From Octopus vulgaris (Eukaryota), in assembly GCA_951406725.2 (NCBI GenBank), contig OX597827.1:47430001-47494000 (forward strand): DNA of 64,000 nucleotides. Direction: 5' to 3'. This document shows positions 26,683-40,715 of the stretch, in pieces. A model generated the notes under the pieces. The model saw only the letters and a list, made by a program, of their open reading frames with translations, did no database searches and was not told the origin of the DNA. Position 1 is the stretch's first letter; every line of letters starts with the position of its first letter. Position numbers and translations under genes: made by a program.

Positions 26683-26815
26683 CATATATATGTATATATA
26701 TTCAGATGAATATGGTATTTAAGTTGAGGCACCAGAATTTAGTACGGTATTATCCATACAATTTCAAAAGTGGGTGATTAGAATTAAAATAAGCAGCAAG
26801 GATAACCAGAGGTAA

Positions 26816-26898
26816 TGCAGTACGATCGTTTCACGCAACTGCATTTAATCGAACAATGCCATTACATCAATTTAAATGCAGAGCAATCCTCAGCTGCA
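26816..26898 (-). ncRNA. Type I hammerhead ribozyme with extended stem II
   Basis: Minus strand TGCAG-CTGAGGA-TTGCT-CTGCATTTAA...TTAAATGCAG-TTGCGT-GAA-ACGATCGT-A-CTGCA: stem I 5/5 paired, 10-bp perfect stem II segment, palindromic stem III, GUA triplet. Confidence 0.8.
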
Positions 26899-28823
26899 CA
26901 AAGACAGAGTTTAATTGAATTAAAATAGATGGACACATTAGTATAATTTTGCCTGAAATCTCCAAGAAATTAAGGCGATAGACAATGAACTTGCTGCCCT
27001 AGTTACAGACTTTGCGTGTCACTATTATATGGGGTCAGTTTTAATTTATAGACTAGTTTTATCAAATCCTTGTATATCTAAGCCTGAGTCTGTTAGGCTA
27101 AGGGAGTCGACAGAGATGTTAGTGGGTATAGTCATAAAAAATCAAGATTTATTTGAAGCAATATCATGAGATTTGGTAAAGGAAAACTTAAATCAATATG
27201 TTAGCTGACAATTAAGGGGGCTGGTCACTAGCAGACCATTGATAATGAAAACAGGGGAAATCTTATCATGTAGTACTATAGTTAAATATTTTAAGCAGTG
27301 CTCCAATATTGTATAAAGCTAAAGTTTAGGGTTATTCAGAGGATTATTAAGAAGAATAATTATAGCAAAAGGATAAAATGTTTTATGAATACTTTTGAGT
27401 ATATACCAAATTTTTCCCACAATAGAGAGAGGAAAAAAATATCCAGAAATAATTTAGTATTTATACATATTATAAACTTAAATTCTAACTTATCAGATGG
27501 TATCAATGAGTATTAATCAATTGGTATATACAGGTATTAATAAAGGGGTACTAAGGTAAATGCTAACTATATATAAATTTAATTATAATCTAAGACTAGC
27601 AAGCATTTCGTGTATTTCAGAGATTTACATAAAGCAAAGATCCTACGTGGAGACGGTTAAAACGCCTTGTTTAAAGTATATCATGAATAAAAAGCAAAAA
27701 TAAAACAAAGCAAAAAAAAAAATCACACAAAACAAAGAACTTATGAAGGAACATAACTGTCGAAGAAATATATGAATGTGTATGTGGAATTATAAATCCT
27801 GTTAGTAAGTCGTTGTTTTCAGAAACATTAGAGTGGAGAGAAAAATATGCGATTAGTTATGTCTTGTGTTAAAGTGGCTACGTTGCCGATAAGAGAAATA
27901 CACGTGAAATACTATGGTCGATGCAATCTGTTGTCCACTACTATTAAAAGATACAGTCTCCTCTCTATTAGAAATTACTATGTACTGTCAAATGTACTGT
28001 GAAGGCAGGATCAATATATTTACAGGTTAATGTAAGTTCCTTATAGTGTTTATTAAAACCTGTAAATGTTCTCATTTAATAGCTGACCTTGGTTGACATC
28101 GGCTTTCTTTCAGTCCATTGTTCTAAAGGAACCCTGAATTCCGATTGGCGTTTCCTTCCTGTAATCATGTAGTTTAACTTGGGGAATTACGAAATTGTTA
28201 ATATATTAAAATCAACGAACTTTAGGTGAGTTAAAATATGTTTGTGACATTTTTGTTTTCGCTCTGACAATTGCCGCCAGGTACATCTTCTCTCCATCCA
28301 ACAAATAACGAAATATGGTTAATTAAGAATTTCTTTGTGGGTGGTATTAACAATGTCAATCTTTAAATTAATTACACAGCTCCATGCAAATCGGCATGTT
28401 CGAGTTATTTTTTTTTTCTATTTTTAATTTGTCTAATAGGTGATATGTGCTGTAGGCCTACAATTGTTCAGAGCTGATGTATCTCGTTGTCCTGAAGAAG
28501 AAGAGAGATAAGAAAAAGCGAATAAGCATTAAACCTCCGAGAAAGTGTTTACGCATCTGTCGATATTCATGATAAGAAAAAAGAATTTATCAACCTTAGT
28601 GCCTATTGTAAGATATCATCTGAGATCAGTGACCCGAAATGTGTGCACGAATATTTAAATCTACTACATTTTCTCTTAAATACTTGTACAACTGGGTTCA
28701 TGCTGAAATATTTCTTTTAACAACACGGAGCATTATTATTCTTTTGATTCTTCGACTGTAATGTGTATTACAGTTGCATAAGATTCTTCCTCATCTGGTC
28801 TCTGACTTATGCTGCTCTCATCC

Positions 28824-28862
<39 letters not shown>

Positions 28863-29464
28863 ATTGTGTTTCACATCACCATTCCGAATCTTTAATATTC
28901 TTCTACAAATACAAAGAATTCGAAGTGACCTTTGTATAAAGAAAAAACACCCGAAAAACCTAAGCATTTGTTTTTTATAAGACACAAAAAAACCCCATTC
29001 AGTTGATACATCTCACGGCTTGTTCATTATTCTGAGATTTGATTGGCTTCTAAACTTATGTAAATAAGATTATGCAAATTACTGTGTGAATTGCTAACAA
29101 ACAATGAAACTCTTTTACGCTATTTTTCTCTTCGAATGTTGGTGCTCTGCTCATGATTGCTTTTAACTGCTCGTATCTCCATATACGTGTCAGAGTCTAG
29201 CTGCAAATAGTTCTCTCCATGATATATAATATCTCACACCCTGTGGTTCACTTTCTTCCTTTAGTTCTTTGTTTTTTTTGTTTGTTTCTTTCTTTCTCTC
29301 TCTCTCCGTCTAATACAGAAAATCAGTCACAGATACGCCAACACACACATATACTCATATGTATGTGTGCATATATGTATACATATATACATATAATTAT
29401 AAAAAAACATATATATGCACATATATACTTGGTTATATATATATGCATATGTATGTATATATAA

Positions 29465-29514
<50 letters not shown>

Positions 29515-29745
29515 ATACGTGTGCGTGTGTATGTCTGTGTGAGTGTGTGTATATGTGTGTGTGTTTATATATATGTGTGCATGTGCATATATATTTATTG
29601 TATAAACATACACAGTCGGACACACACGCAGGACACACAGACACACACACACATAGATGTTTCGATACGTACATATACGTAAATTACGCTTTCATTCTTT
29701 GCAAAGTTTTGTATATTTTCTTTTAAATCAGGAAAAATGCAGCTA

Positions 29746-29772
29746 TCCATCCATCCATCCATCCATCCATCC

Positions 29773-29858
<86 letters not shown>
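29746..29858 (+). repeat. (ATCC)n(ATCT)n tetranucleotide microsatellite
   Basis: Direct inspection. Confidence 0.95.
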
Positions 29859-29859
<1 letters not shown>

Positions 29860-30301
29860 ACTCTATCGATTCTATCTATTTATTCGTCCATCCATTTCCC
29901 CGCCTCTTATTTATTATTTATTAGCTGCTCTATATTTCTTGCTGTTTTCTTCACCATTATCTGTGAGTACTGTATTGGCTACATGTCTAAATCGGAATTA
30001 AAACAAGTACAGAGAATCCCTCTTTTGTAGGTAGAGAAAAACTGACATGAACATGGCAAGAATTGGAATTGGTAATGATGTGCCCAGTATTCCATTCACG
30101 TTTCAATCTCTGTTACTTATTCATTGGAATGTGGGGAAGAAAAATGGCGAAGAAAATAATGCTCTGAATGACGTGGAAGTGTTGAAAATTCGAAAAATAA
30201 ATAAATATATAATTTAAATTTTAATCATATCGAAACCCTCAGATGCAATGAATATAAAATATTACAGAAAAGTAAAAGGGAGACGGGAGAGAGGGAGAGA
30301 G

Positions 30302-30376
<75 letters not shown>

Positions 30377-30589
30377 AAGAAAGAGAGAGAAGGAGAGAGA
30401 TATATATATATAAAGAAATAGCGGAAGAGAGATATTGATTGACAAAGAGAGAGATAGTGATAGAGAAGAATAACAATTGTTTCTTTAAAATACATTGTCA
30501 TCATGATTTTATTATTATTGTTTTTGTCACTTGTTTTTGTTGTTGTTCTTGTTCTTCTTTCATGCTTTTCTTCTTTTTATTATATATCA

Positions 30590-31010
30590 AGGTGGTGGAC
30601 TTGAAGAATCCTGACAAAACACTTATCAGCATTTGTTCTGGATATCGGATTCTGAGCTCAAACTCCGCTGAGATCGACTTTGCCTTTCATCATATAGCAA
30701 TCGATAAAAGAGGTCCAAATTAATATCCAATATCTTGCTTAGTCGATATAATCGACCAAACCCCATTCATTCCAAAATTTAAGCTTTGTCTTTAAAACAG
30801 AATGTATTATCATTATAGAATGATTTGCACACCGGAGAAAATTCTTAGCAGTGTTTCTTCCGACACATTGCGTTCTCAGTCCAAATCCATCCGAGCTCGA
30901 CTTGCATTTCATTCCTTACAGGGGTTAACAAATTAAATGCTAGTTGAGCAATGGGGCTCAATACAATCAAAAAACCCCTCCAAAAAGATCTTAGGCCTTT
31001 TGCCTGTAAT
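30590..31010 (+). mobile_element. Two tandem decayed SINE family C copies
   Basis: TTCTGAGCTCAAACTCCGCTGAGATCGACTTTGCCTTTCATC and GTTCTCAGTCCAAATCC...CGACTTGCATTTCATTCC. Confidence 0.6.
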
Positions 31011-31011
31011 A

Positions 31012-31528
31012 TCTATATATATAAAACTGTAGTTGTGTGAGTGTCTGTCCCCTTCGATTTAGATTCCTAACTACTCCCACATTTTGCGGTGCAGTTTAAC
31101 CAAATTCGGGTATCTTATAGTCGTGATTCATATCGAGCCCGTCTGAGTATTAGCGCGCGGCTACGATGAGTGTACGATTTTAAAAATAATTTAACATCAT
31201 TTTTTATTCCATTTTAATGCATATTTTTTCGTGTGTCGATGGCGGCGGAGTTGGCGTCCACGCTCAAACACCTGCACCTGTGTTGCTTTATCCCCCTTCT
31301 TCCCTCCCTCGTGAAGCTGTGAAGAAGGGAGTGTAAGGAAATCAACGTCGTAATGCGTTGTCAAGGAGACCAGCGTTCTTTTAGAACAACGACTTCATGG
31401 CTTGAAGACACCAAAACAGAAATGGCTAAGAAAGCCCGAATTGGCATCTATAAGGGAAGTAACTCTCTAAAAATGCTTATATAGTTATTTCCCTTACAAA
31501 CCCGAGCAACGCCGGGCGATACTGCTAG
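31012..31528 (+). mobile_element. Non-autonomous Helitron (517 bp)
   Basis: 5' A|TCTATATATATAAAA start. 3' hairpin CCCGAGCAACGCCGGG (31501-31516) followed by CTAG|T. Inserted at an AT dinucleotide with no TSD. Confidence 0.88.
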
Positions 31529-31917
31529 TTATTATATATTTTATCGTTGATATTTCGTAGATATATTTATATTCCATATCTTTGGTACTTTACGGAGCAC
31601 AGCTGTGCTTTCCTTTTCAAGGGATGTCTTATTGGCTTGTTTATCGTATTACACGGAATAAGTTGACAGTGACTCAAAATAATAGTTTCTCTAGGTTATT
31701 GTATCCTGAGTCACATATATTGAGTCCTGAAAATTTGGTTATGTGTTTGCTTATAAACTATTACAATAGGAGCAGGCGTGGTAAAAAGCTTGCTTACCAT
31801 CCACATGCGGGGCACCTTGGGAAAGTGCCTTCTGCTATAGCCTTGGGTTGACCAAAGGATTGTGAGTGGACTTGGTAGAAACTGAAAGTAGGCCGTAGTA
31901 TATATATATATATATAT

Positions 31918-32372
31918 AGGCGCAGGAGTGGCTGTGTGGTAAGTAGCTTGCTAACCAACCACATGGTTCTGGGTTCAGTCCCACTGCGTGGCATCTTGGG
32001 CAAGTGTCTTCTGCTATAGCCTCGGGCCGACCAAAGCTTTGTGAGTGGATTTGGTAGACGGAAACTGAAAGAAGCCTGTCGTATATATGTATATATATAT
32101 ATGTATGTATGTGTGTGTATATGTTTGTGTGTCTGTGTTTGTCCCCCCAACATTGTCTGTGTTTGTCCCCCCAACATTGTCTGTGTCTGTGTTTGTCCCC
32201 GTCACTTAGCGGTTCGGCAAAAGAGACCGATAGAATAAGTACTGGGCTTACAAAGAATAAGTCCCGGGGTCGATTTGCTCGACTAAAGGCGGTGCTCCAG
32301 CATGGCCGCAGTCAAATGACTGAAACAAGTAAATGAGTAAAAGAGTAAAAGAGTAAAAGAGTAAAAGAGTAT
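31918..32372 (+). mobile_element. Full SINE family B copy (preceded by a partial copy at 31768-31900)
   Basis: AGGCGCAGGAGTGGCTGTGTGGTAAG head, GGTTCAGTCCC B-box, internal 24-bp duplication GTCTGTGTTTGTCCCCCCAACATT, (AAAAGAGT)n tail. Confidence 0.92.
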
Positions 32373-32693
32373 AAGAAAGAATTAAGATTAAGTCGAATTA
32401 GGTGCTGAAGTTGAGGCACCAGGTCTGTCCAGTATTTTCCGCACATCTCGAGGTTAAGTGAATGAAAATATATAATTATGTATGTGCTTTTGCGTATGTA
32501 CTTGTTCATCCATCATCACCGATTTGACAACCGGTGTTGGTGTGATTATGTCCCGGTGTTCATGTCTTCGTCTAAAAACCTTCTAATGCGGTGCTCCAGC
32601 ATGGCCGCAGTAAAATGACTAAAACAAGTATAAGAATAAAAAAATATGGTTTGTTTCGATTCTCAATCAACAAGTTCTGTCTTACCTGTTACT

Positions 32694-32767
<74 letters not shown>

Positions 32768-32968
32768 TTATAATTATAATGGAATAAGAACGCAAAATAT
32801 CCAGACAGACGATACGAAGAAAACAAGGACGGCTCATTCGGAGTTTTCTTTCCTTAGTTGAGTTCCAGATTATCTTTGCAATTTCGGCTGGTTATACTCG
32901 AGATTGCTATAATCTGGCCAACCCCAAGGAAAAACTAACTATACATTTGCACACACACACAGACACAC

Positions 32969-33051
<83 letters not shown>

Positions 33052-34173
33052 TACATATACTCACGCACATACACATGCAAATATATATCCGAACGGGCTT
33101 ATTTGATTCCTCGCACAAATTTCGGTCGACATACTGTAGAATAGTAAAACACACGCTCTAGGAATGAACCCGAACCATGTGGCCGCGAAGTAAACTTCTT
33201 GATAGACAGCCACACCTATAGTTATGTCTATTTACTTATGTTTCGTACTGTGTCATTAAATATTTGCCACATGAGACTTTTCTCGGTATAATATTAGAAA
33301 AAAACATTCTGTAGTCACTTGTTTTAGCTTCAATTTTATTTTGTTGATCATTTGTTACTTATTTTCAAACGCTTCCCAATTGTTGACTTTCTTGAAAACA
33401 AACATTTTCTCTTGCTTTATATTATACTGTTGTTGTTTTGTAGCTGTTTGTCTTCGTGTTCACTGTATATGTATTAAACAATTACGTAGACTTCTGATAC
33501 ATATTTTATGTTAATTTTCTAGCTGCTTAAAGGCCCAACCTTTTTGTTTTCATTGATTAGTTATTTCCGAAACATTTTATATTTATATTACATTTCATGT
33601 TAGCCTTAATAATTCAATTAGCGTCAAGTTGAAAATATCTTATCAATAACTTATTACTCGAAAAAAGAATTAAACATTCAAACTTATTATCTTAATTATA
33701 TTAACATTTCTGTTATTCTTGAGTAATAATTAGTCAGTAATTTTCCAGCCTTTTCCTTTTGTTTATGCCTAGTAATTTGTCAATTTAATTAATTCTTAAG
33801 TATTTGTAATTTTCTGTTTGATCTAATTCGCTTATTGTTGTTCCTCTATGTAAGACTATATTAGTGTTGTTTGATAATTCTTCCATCAAAGCTTGCCTGG
33901 GTACAACTTTCTAAACTATGTTCCTGTTAAATCCTCTTTTGATTTTGTGTACTGTCTTTTTCAATGTTTCTTGCTGTTTATTATCTGCCGCATACAAGTT
34001 GTTGTTATCGATACAATCAATCTGGTTAATTGTCCTTGCAAAGTATTTCGTAAGGGTGTTCGTAAGGGTGTCCTCGGAAAATTTTTATTCTGAAAAATTA
34101 TCTACATAAATATATAAATATGTAAACACAACCCCACCATTTACTGACTTATATAAATATATATAGACATATG

Positions 34174-34241
<68 letters not shown>

Positions 34242-34245
<4 letters not shown>

Positions 34246-35521
34246 GTTGTCCGGAAAGTTCGTGCCGATTTTTAAAGGAAAGAAAAAGGTCAATAAATAC
34301 TTGCCATTTCATTTTTAATCAACCACATTTGAAACATTTTGTTGCACAATGCATCTCCATCTTTCCTTTAACTTGAGAATACCTTCTTCTAAGAAATGAG
34401 GTGGTTTAATGTCAAAGAATTCATCAAGGTATCTTTTTACGTCATCCAAGGAATTGAACTTTTTACCATTAAGGCTATTCTGCAGAGAACTGAATAAGTG
34501 GAAATCCGAAGGAGCAATATCTGGTGAATATAGAGGGTGGTGTAACAATTCCCAGCCGAGCAGCAGCAATTTTTGTCTGGTTCCCAAAGAATCGTGCGTT
34601 CTTGCATTATCATTTTCGAAAACAACACCCTTCCTGTTGGCCAATTCTAGACGTTTCTCTTGAATTGCTACTTTTAACTCGTCCAGTTGTGTGTAGTATT
34701 TCTGAGATTTAATTGTCTGGGTACTTGGGAGGAGCTCACAGTACAGAGTTCCTTTCCAGTCCCACCAGACACAAAGCAAGATTTTTTTAGGGTGAAGACC
34801 CGCTTTCGGGGTGGCTACGGGTGGCTCATGTCGCTTACTCCAGGATCGCTTTCTCTGAACATTTCGGTAGATAATGCATTTCTCATCACCTCTCACAATT
34901 TGCTTTAAAAAAGGCGCATTTACATTCCGTTTATAAAGCGAATCACAAATGGAAATGTGATCCAAAAGGTTCTTCTCACTCAACTGATGTGGTACCCAAA
35001 CATCGTAGCGATTTGTGTACCCAAGCTTTACCAGGCGCTCATGAACGACGGAGTTTTATAGGTTGATTCTTTCTGTCAATTCTTGGGTTGTGCAGTGTGG
35101 GTTATTCTCAATTAATGACTTAATTTGGTCATCATTTGTAGTGGATGGTCTGCCTGATCCCTCTTTATCAGTAAGGCTACAATCTCCAGCTCGGAACCCT
35201 GCAAACCACTTCCGTACAGTTCTTTCGGATAAAGGAACATCACCGTAAGCTGTGCATATTTCTTTGTTTGCTTGTGAGGCATTTTTCCCTTTACGGAAAA
35301 AGAAAAGCATCAAGTGCCGTAAATGAAGTTTCTTATCTTCCATTTTAAAGGGTTACAAAATTAACACAGATTATAGGAACATAAACCTTCTTCCACGAAA
35401 AGATAGCTTAAACTGTGCTCTAAATGGGGGTGCAGTCAAATCCTATTTTATGCACTCAACCATGTTCTAAAATAAGTCGAAAGGTAAGCTACTATAAATC
35501 GGCAGGAACTTTCCGGACAAC

Positions 35522-35525
<4 letters not shown>
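34242..35525 (-). mobile_element. Full-length mariner (DD34D), 1284 bp
   Basis: ~30-bp TIRs TTGGGTTGTCCGGAAAGTTCGTGCCGATTT / AAATCGGCAGGAACTTTCCGGACAACCCAA, inserted in (TA)n. Confidence 0.97.
34315..35343 (-). pseudogene. Mariner transposase with one in-frame stop (35056-35058)
   Basis: ORFs 35056-35343 and 34315-34983 are in the same frame. The gap translates NSVVHERLVKLGYTNRYDVWVPHQL. Motifs GDEK, DNARTH and YSPDIAPSD, with 34 residues between D2 and D3. Confidence 0.93.
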
Positions 35526-35586
<61 letters not shown>

Positions 35587-36309
35587 CATATATCATGGTT
35601 ATGAGGTATGTAGTTCGCTTCCAGACCACAAGCGTTTCTACATCTATCATAATGTTGGTTACGGACAACAAATATTATTTAGCATGTTTGCGTGCTTTTG
35701 TTAACACTCACGACGTTTGATTTTGTGGATCTGTTTTCTAGGGTCGTGCAAATATATACCCGTTTCGTAATCGAATCGATCGATATTCGTCATCAAAAAA
35801 CATGAAATTCTGCTTATAAAAGCAGTATTTTCCCATAATTTTGTTTGAGTGTTCTCGTCCTTCAGGCTAATTTCAATGAATAATGCGGCATAAGCTGTTG
35901 ATGGTTGATTAGAAATATCTCCAAGGAAACAGCTGGCGCCTCCGAAGTATATGCCTTTCTTTTGAAGAATTCAATTTGTCTGAGTTTCAACTTTGTGTTT
36001 TTGTCATTCCAGGGAGGGGTAAAATATTTACCTGGTTAGTAGTTGATTTAATTTCATCCTTTGTGAATGATTTTGGTCATGGCACGAATTGAAGATAAGC
36101 ATTATAAATAAGATTATTACAGGTTCTATCCCTTTTTCTTTTTTGCTTGGGACATTCTATTGTTTCGTATAATAATGCTTCAATATTGAAAACATTAAAA
36201 AAGTGAGTCATCTTCCACCCTTTCCCCCTCTCACTCTCTCTCTCTATATATATATATGTGTAATTGTGTGTGTGTGTGCATGAGTGCGTGTGGGAGGTGC
36301 AATTATATA

Positions 36310-36363
<54 letters not shown>

Positions 36364-36492
36364 AATGTACCATAAACTCAAAAATGACGATACAAAGGAT
36401 TAACACCAATTTCTCTCCCAAGGACATACCTCTTCACACCTATATATATATATATATATATAGAGAGATAGAGAGAGAGAGAGAGATAGAGG

Positions 36493-36526
<34 letters not shown>

Positions 36527-36536
36527 CCGATCGATC

Positions 36537-36572
<36 letters not shown>

Positions 36573-36973
36573 TAGATATAGATATAGATATAGATGTATA
36601 TACACGTGCATGCACGCACACACAATCAACACACACACACACATGTGTATATTTACATTATATATGTCTGTCTGTGTGTAGGATATGTCGATATTTCTTC
36701 CAGAATTCTTCAATTCTTGTTTATTCTGTTTATTCCAATTCCGTTTATTCTTTCCAGCGTGGCGTCTATTATATCATCTAACCATTCTTGTGATAAAACC
36801 TGTTTCCGTTTTGTTAGTTGGATTCATGGATTTGTTTTATAGCAATTTTCTTCTTCTTTATATATTCGAAAATATTTGCGCTTCTTCATCTGAAGAATTC
36901 TAACCCCTGCTATTTTTTTATTTTGCTTATCTTCCATTAAATTTGTACATATACATACATACATATATACATA

Positions 36974-37040
<67 letters not shown>

Positions 37041-37100
37041 GAGAGAGCGAGAGAGAGAGATATGTATGTATATATAAATATATATATAAGAAAAAGAAAA

Positions 37101-37154
<54 letters not shown>

Positions 37155-37155
37155 T

Positions 37156-37194
<39 letters not shown>

Positions 37195-37416
37195 GTTTTG
37201 TTTGAATCATTTCATTCCTTTATTTATCATTTTCTTTTTCAAAAACTCTACCTAATCTCCAAGCTTTGGCTTTCATCTCTTCAATTAATCTTTCCTTGTG
37301 TTTCTTTTGGTTATTGTTTAGCCATAATGTTAAGTCTTCTATAAATCATTGCTATCTGATTGGCTGATGACTTTCTTTTCTTCCAGTATTTATTTCATTT
37401 TTGATGGGATTTAACA

Positions 37417-37464
<48 letters not shown>

Positions 37465-37499
37465 TTTTTTAATTTTATTTTTTATATCTTTTCGCTTTC

Positions 37500-37900
37500 A
37501 GTTGATTTACTATTCACGGGGATGTTTCCAGCCGAATCGTTTGTATATTTTATTGATTTCTCAGATATATCTACAGACTCAGCGACGTATCTTTGTTTGT
37601 TTAGACCCGTTATTTGTATATATCTGAATAGTGTATTCTTCTCCTTTCTAGATTGTCGACAAAGAAAATCTACTCCAACACAGGTAATTGCAGAGGGCTT
37701 TTAACCGAAATTACTTCGAACGAAAGCACGTGTTTTCGGTGCAGAATTCCTGTAGCCACTTTTGATCAAATTGTCACGGATAGTTTGTTTTCTTTCCTCC
37801 TGGATGTGACTGAAGTATACAAAGTCACTGCTGCAATGCAAGCATATATTATGCTTTTATTGATGTTGCGCAGCTCCTTAAGTATTTGCTATCTGTGTAA
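37500..37900 (-). pseudogene. Possible highly decayed Penelope-like RT fragment
   Basis: Minus-strand AAVTLYTSV resembles the PLE DVxSLYT motif. A-rich minus strand. Weak evidence. Confidence 0.3.
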
Positions 37901-38082
37901 AGGGTAAGATATGTCAGCAAATTCGATAATACGGAGTCGCCATTCTGTTTGTGAGATATTTTACATCAAGTACTTGGGAAACTTGAAGTAGTTATTGTTG
38001 CTGTCGTTTTAGACTGTATGTTCCAGGTGAAAATTGATTGAGCATGTATTAGACCAACAACCCTTCAGAACGTACACCGGTG

Positions 38083-38440
38083 CAGGCATAGTTACGGCGT
38101 TAAGAAGCTCGTTTTGCAGCTACATGATTTCAAGTTCAGTCCTTCTGCGTTGCAAATCGGGCAATCGTCTTCTACTATAATTCCGGGCCGTCCAATTCCT
38201 TGTCGCTATTTGACAGATAAAAACTGTGTGGAAGGCCATCATATCTTTCTGTCTCTATATACATTTGTGCTTGTGTTTGTTTTCATCACCGTTTGACAAC
38301 CAGGTTTGTCAAAATAGACAGATGAATATGCACCTGACTTTAAATATAATGACTGGGATCGATTGTTTCGACTAAGCACTTCAAGGCAGGTGATGATGAG
38401 CATGACTGCAGTCCAGTGACTAAGAGAAGTAAAAGATAAA
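38083..38440 (+). mobile_element. Decayed SINE family B copy
   Basis: GTCTTCTACTATAATTCCGGGCCG; GGGATCGATTGTTTCGACTAAG; CATGACTGCAGTCCAGTGACT. Confidence 0.65.
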
Positions 38441-38853
38441 AACAAAAATCAACATTGACCAATGTACCTTCCTTTGTCTTAAAACATTAGGATACGAGAC
38501 GTTTAGTTCCAATTTGTATTAAGCCAATTTCTGTCGCATGCAGCTATCGTCTTTGTGTGTTTTAGGAAGGTCAAAAAACACCGTGCTATAGAAAGCCGTT
38601 TTTGTCCTGATTTTCTTCTGTCAACCGGTACATAACTGCACCTTCCATTTTTTGTTTTGTACTGCTTAAAGGCACGTTTCTTTCCTGCCAAGGTCACTGT
38701 TTAAACCATACTTATGTTCTCCTAGTCAAGAGCCTTATCATTACTGGTACTTTAAGCTCTTCGGTTGCATATTTGTGTGAATAAAATCATTTTTCTTTGG
38801 AATAGAAAAAAAAGTCTATCTTTATTTCTTCTTTTGCTTGGAGTTTTCTCTTA

Positions 38854-38911
38854 ATAACTGATGAGATGCCAGAGCAGTTTTCAGCCCAATATCCGAAACT
38901 CTGAGTCTTAT
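38854..38911 (+). ncRNA. Type I hammerhead ribozyme candidate
   Basis: ATAA-CTGATGA-GAT...ATCC-GAA-ACTCTGAGT-C-TTAT: intact core, quasi-palindromic stem III, GUC triplet. Stem II is short and irregular. Confidence 0.65.
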
Positions 38912-39390
38912 CATGACAACAATCTAATTGTCACATATTTTATTTATAGTTAGATTCCTCTATTTCACACAATATCGAGGTCTCATTCATTCTTTTGTTA
39001 TCATATTATTATTAATAATAATCTATATATATTTATATATAAATGAGGCATATAGACCTATAGAGTGAAGTGTAAGGGTAAAGACCTCCATGGCTCAAGA
39101 ATGACCATAGGATTGTAGGATTTACCTAGAAAGTAACACGCTGAGGCACAAGTGCGGGCATGCATGCTATTCTGTCTTCTCCACACCACAGATGTTGTCC
39201 AAGAGAAGGACAGAGGCCGATACACTGGTGACATCGTCACTCAACCGATGAGTAAATTGGAGCAGCGCACAGTAAGTGCGTTCCTCAAGAACACAACGCA
39301 CAACCCGGTCCGGGAATCCAACTCACAACCACAGAATTGTAAGCCCAATACTCTAAGCACTGAGCTATGCTTATGCATTTATATTTTTGC

Positions 39391-39471
<81 letters not shown>

Positions 39472-39506
39472 TACATATATATATATATGTATATATATAT
39501 GTGTGT

Positions 39507-39538
<32 letters not shown>

Positions 39539-39540
39539 AA

Positions 39541-39574
<34 letters not shown>

Positions 39575-39616
39575 ATAGGATTAGTTCGTATACGAGTAGG
39601 TATATATTTGTAAAAA

Positions 39617-40547
39617 ATGAAGAAGAAAACCAGCAACAAAATAGAGACAGATATCTACTATAAACCGACAGACTCTAAACAGTACCTACCCTTTGATTCA
39701 TGCCACCCACGACACACTAGAATGAATGTCCCTTTTTGTTTAGCTAGAAGGATTTGCACCATAATATCAGACACAAACACCCGACACACACGTCTCCAGG
39801 AACTTAGAACCACACTCACAAATAGAAACTATCCACAGCCCCTAATAGACAGTGCAATCCAACGGGTACTTAAATTAAGTATAGAAGACCTGAGACAAAC
39901 AAAACCAAAACAGAAAGAACAATTAAAAACCCTTCCCTACATCTCTACACACAACCCACTCAACAATGAGGCCTTCAACACCATACTACAAAGCACAGCC
40001 CTACTAAAGGGAGACCCAAAGATGAACCGGATCCTCGAAACACACACCATCATTAAAAGTAAACGGCAACCAAAATCCTTGAAAAGGATTTTAACCCAAA
40101 CTACACTCAACATCAACCACAAAACCAGCAGTTAGAAAATGTGGAAGGCCCAACTGCGGAATCTGTGTCATCTTGAAAGAAGGATCAGAATTTATACTGG
40201 AACAAGGCCACCAGTTCACCATTAGAACAAACTTCACCTGCGCATCAGAAAACTTAATTTACGTCATAACATGCGCAGGCTGCAATAGGCAGTATATAGG
40301 CCATACAAAAAATAGCTTACGTAACAGGATGGCGGTGCATAAATCACAAATTAGAAACCCTGATTACCGCAAAATACCGGTCAGCGGACACATAGATAGA
40401 TGTGCTGGAAATGTAAATCCGAAATTTACAACTAACCCGCTCTATAAATTCAGTGACAACGCAACCTTCACACAACGCCAAAATAAAGAACTATATTTCA
40501 TAAAAAAAATTAGACCAAGTTTAAACACCCTGGGTCAGGAATACTAA
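39617..40547 (+). pseudogene. Penelope ORF remnant: RT thumb/linker plus GIY-YIG endonuclease, frameshifted near 40100-40135
   Basis: [25 protein letters not shown]...LARRICTI; CGRPNCGIC linker; FTCASENLIYVITC..CNRQYIGHT...RNRMAVH; ELYFIKKIRPSLN. Confidence 0.92.
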
Positions 40548-40715
40548 AACAAAAGATAAGTCCTCCGAAAAGGAGAACCAAATTTCACCACGGCCGCTAC
40601 TTCAAACAGACACTCACTATGACGGAAATATGCCTTAGTAAAAAAGGAAAAAAATTCTTTCGTGCAAATCTGACCCTGATACATACGATACAGCTAAGGG
40701 TCAGACCCGATTCTG

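Noticed and set aside
32780-32940. Repeat with CCAGCCGAAA on the minus strand as a hammerhead
   Set aside because: No CTGANGA in register and stems I and III cannot be built.
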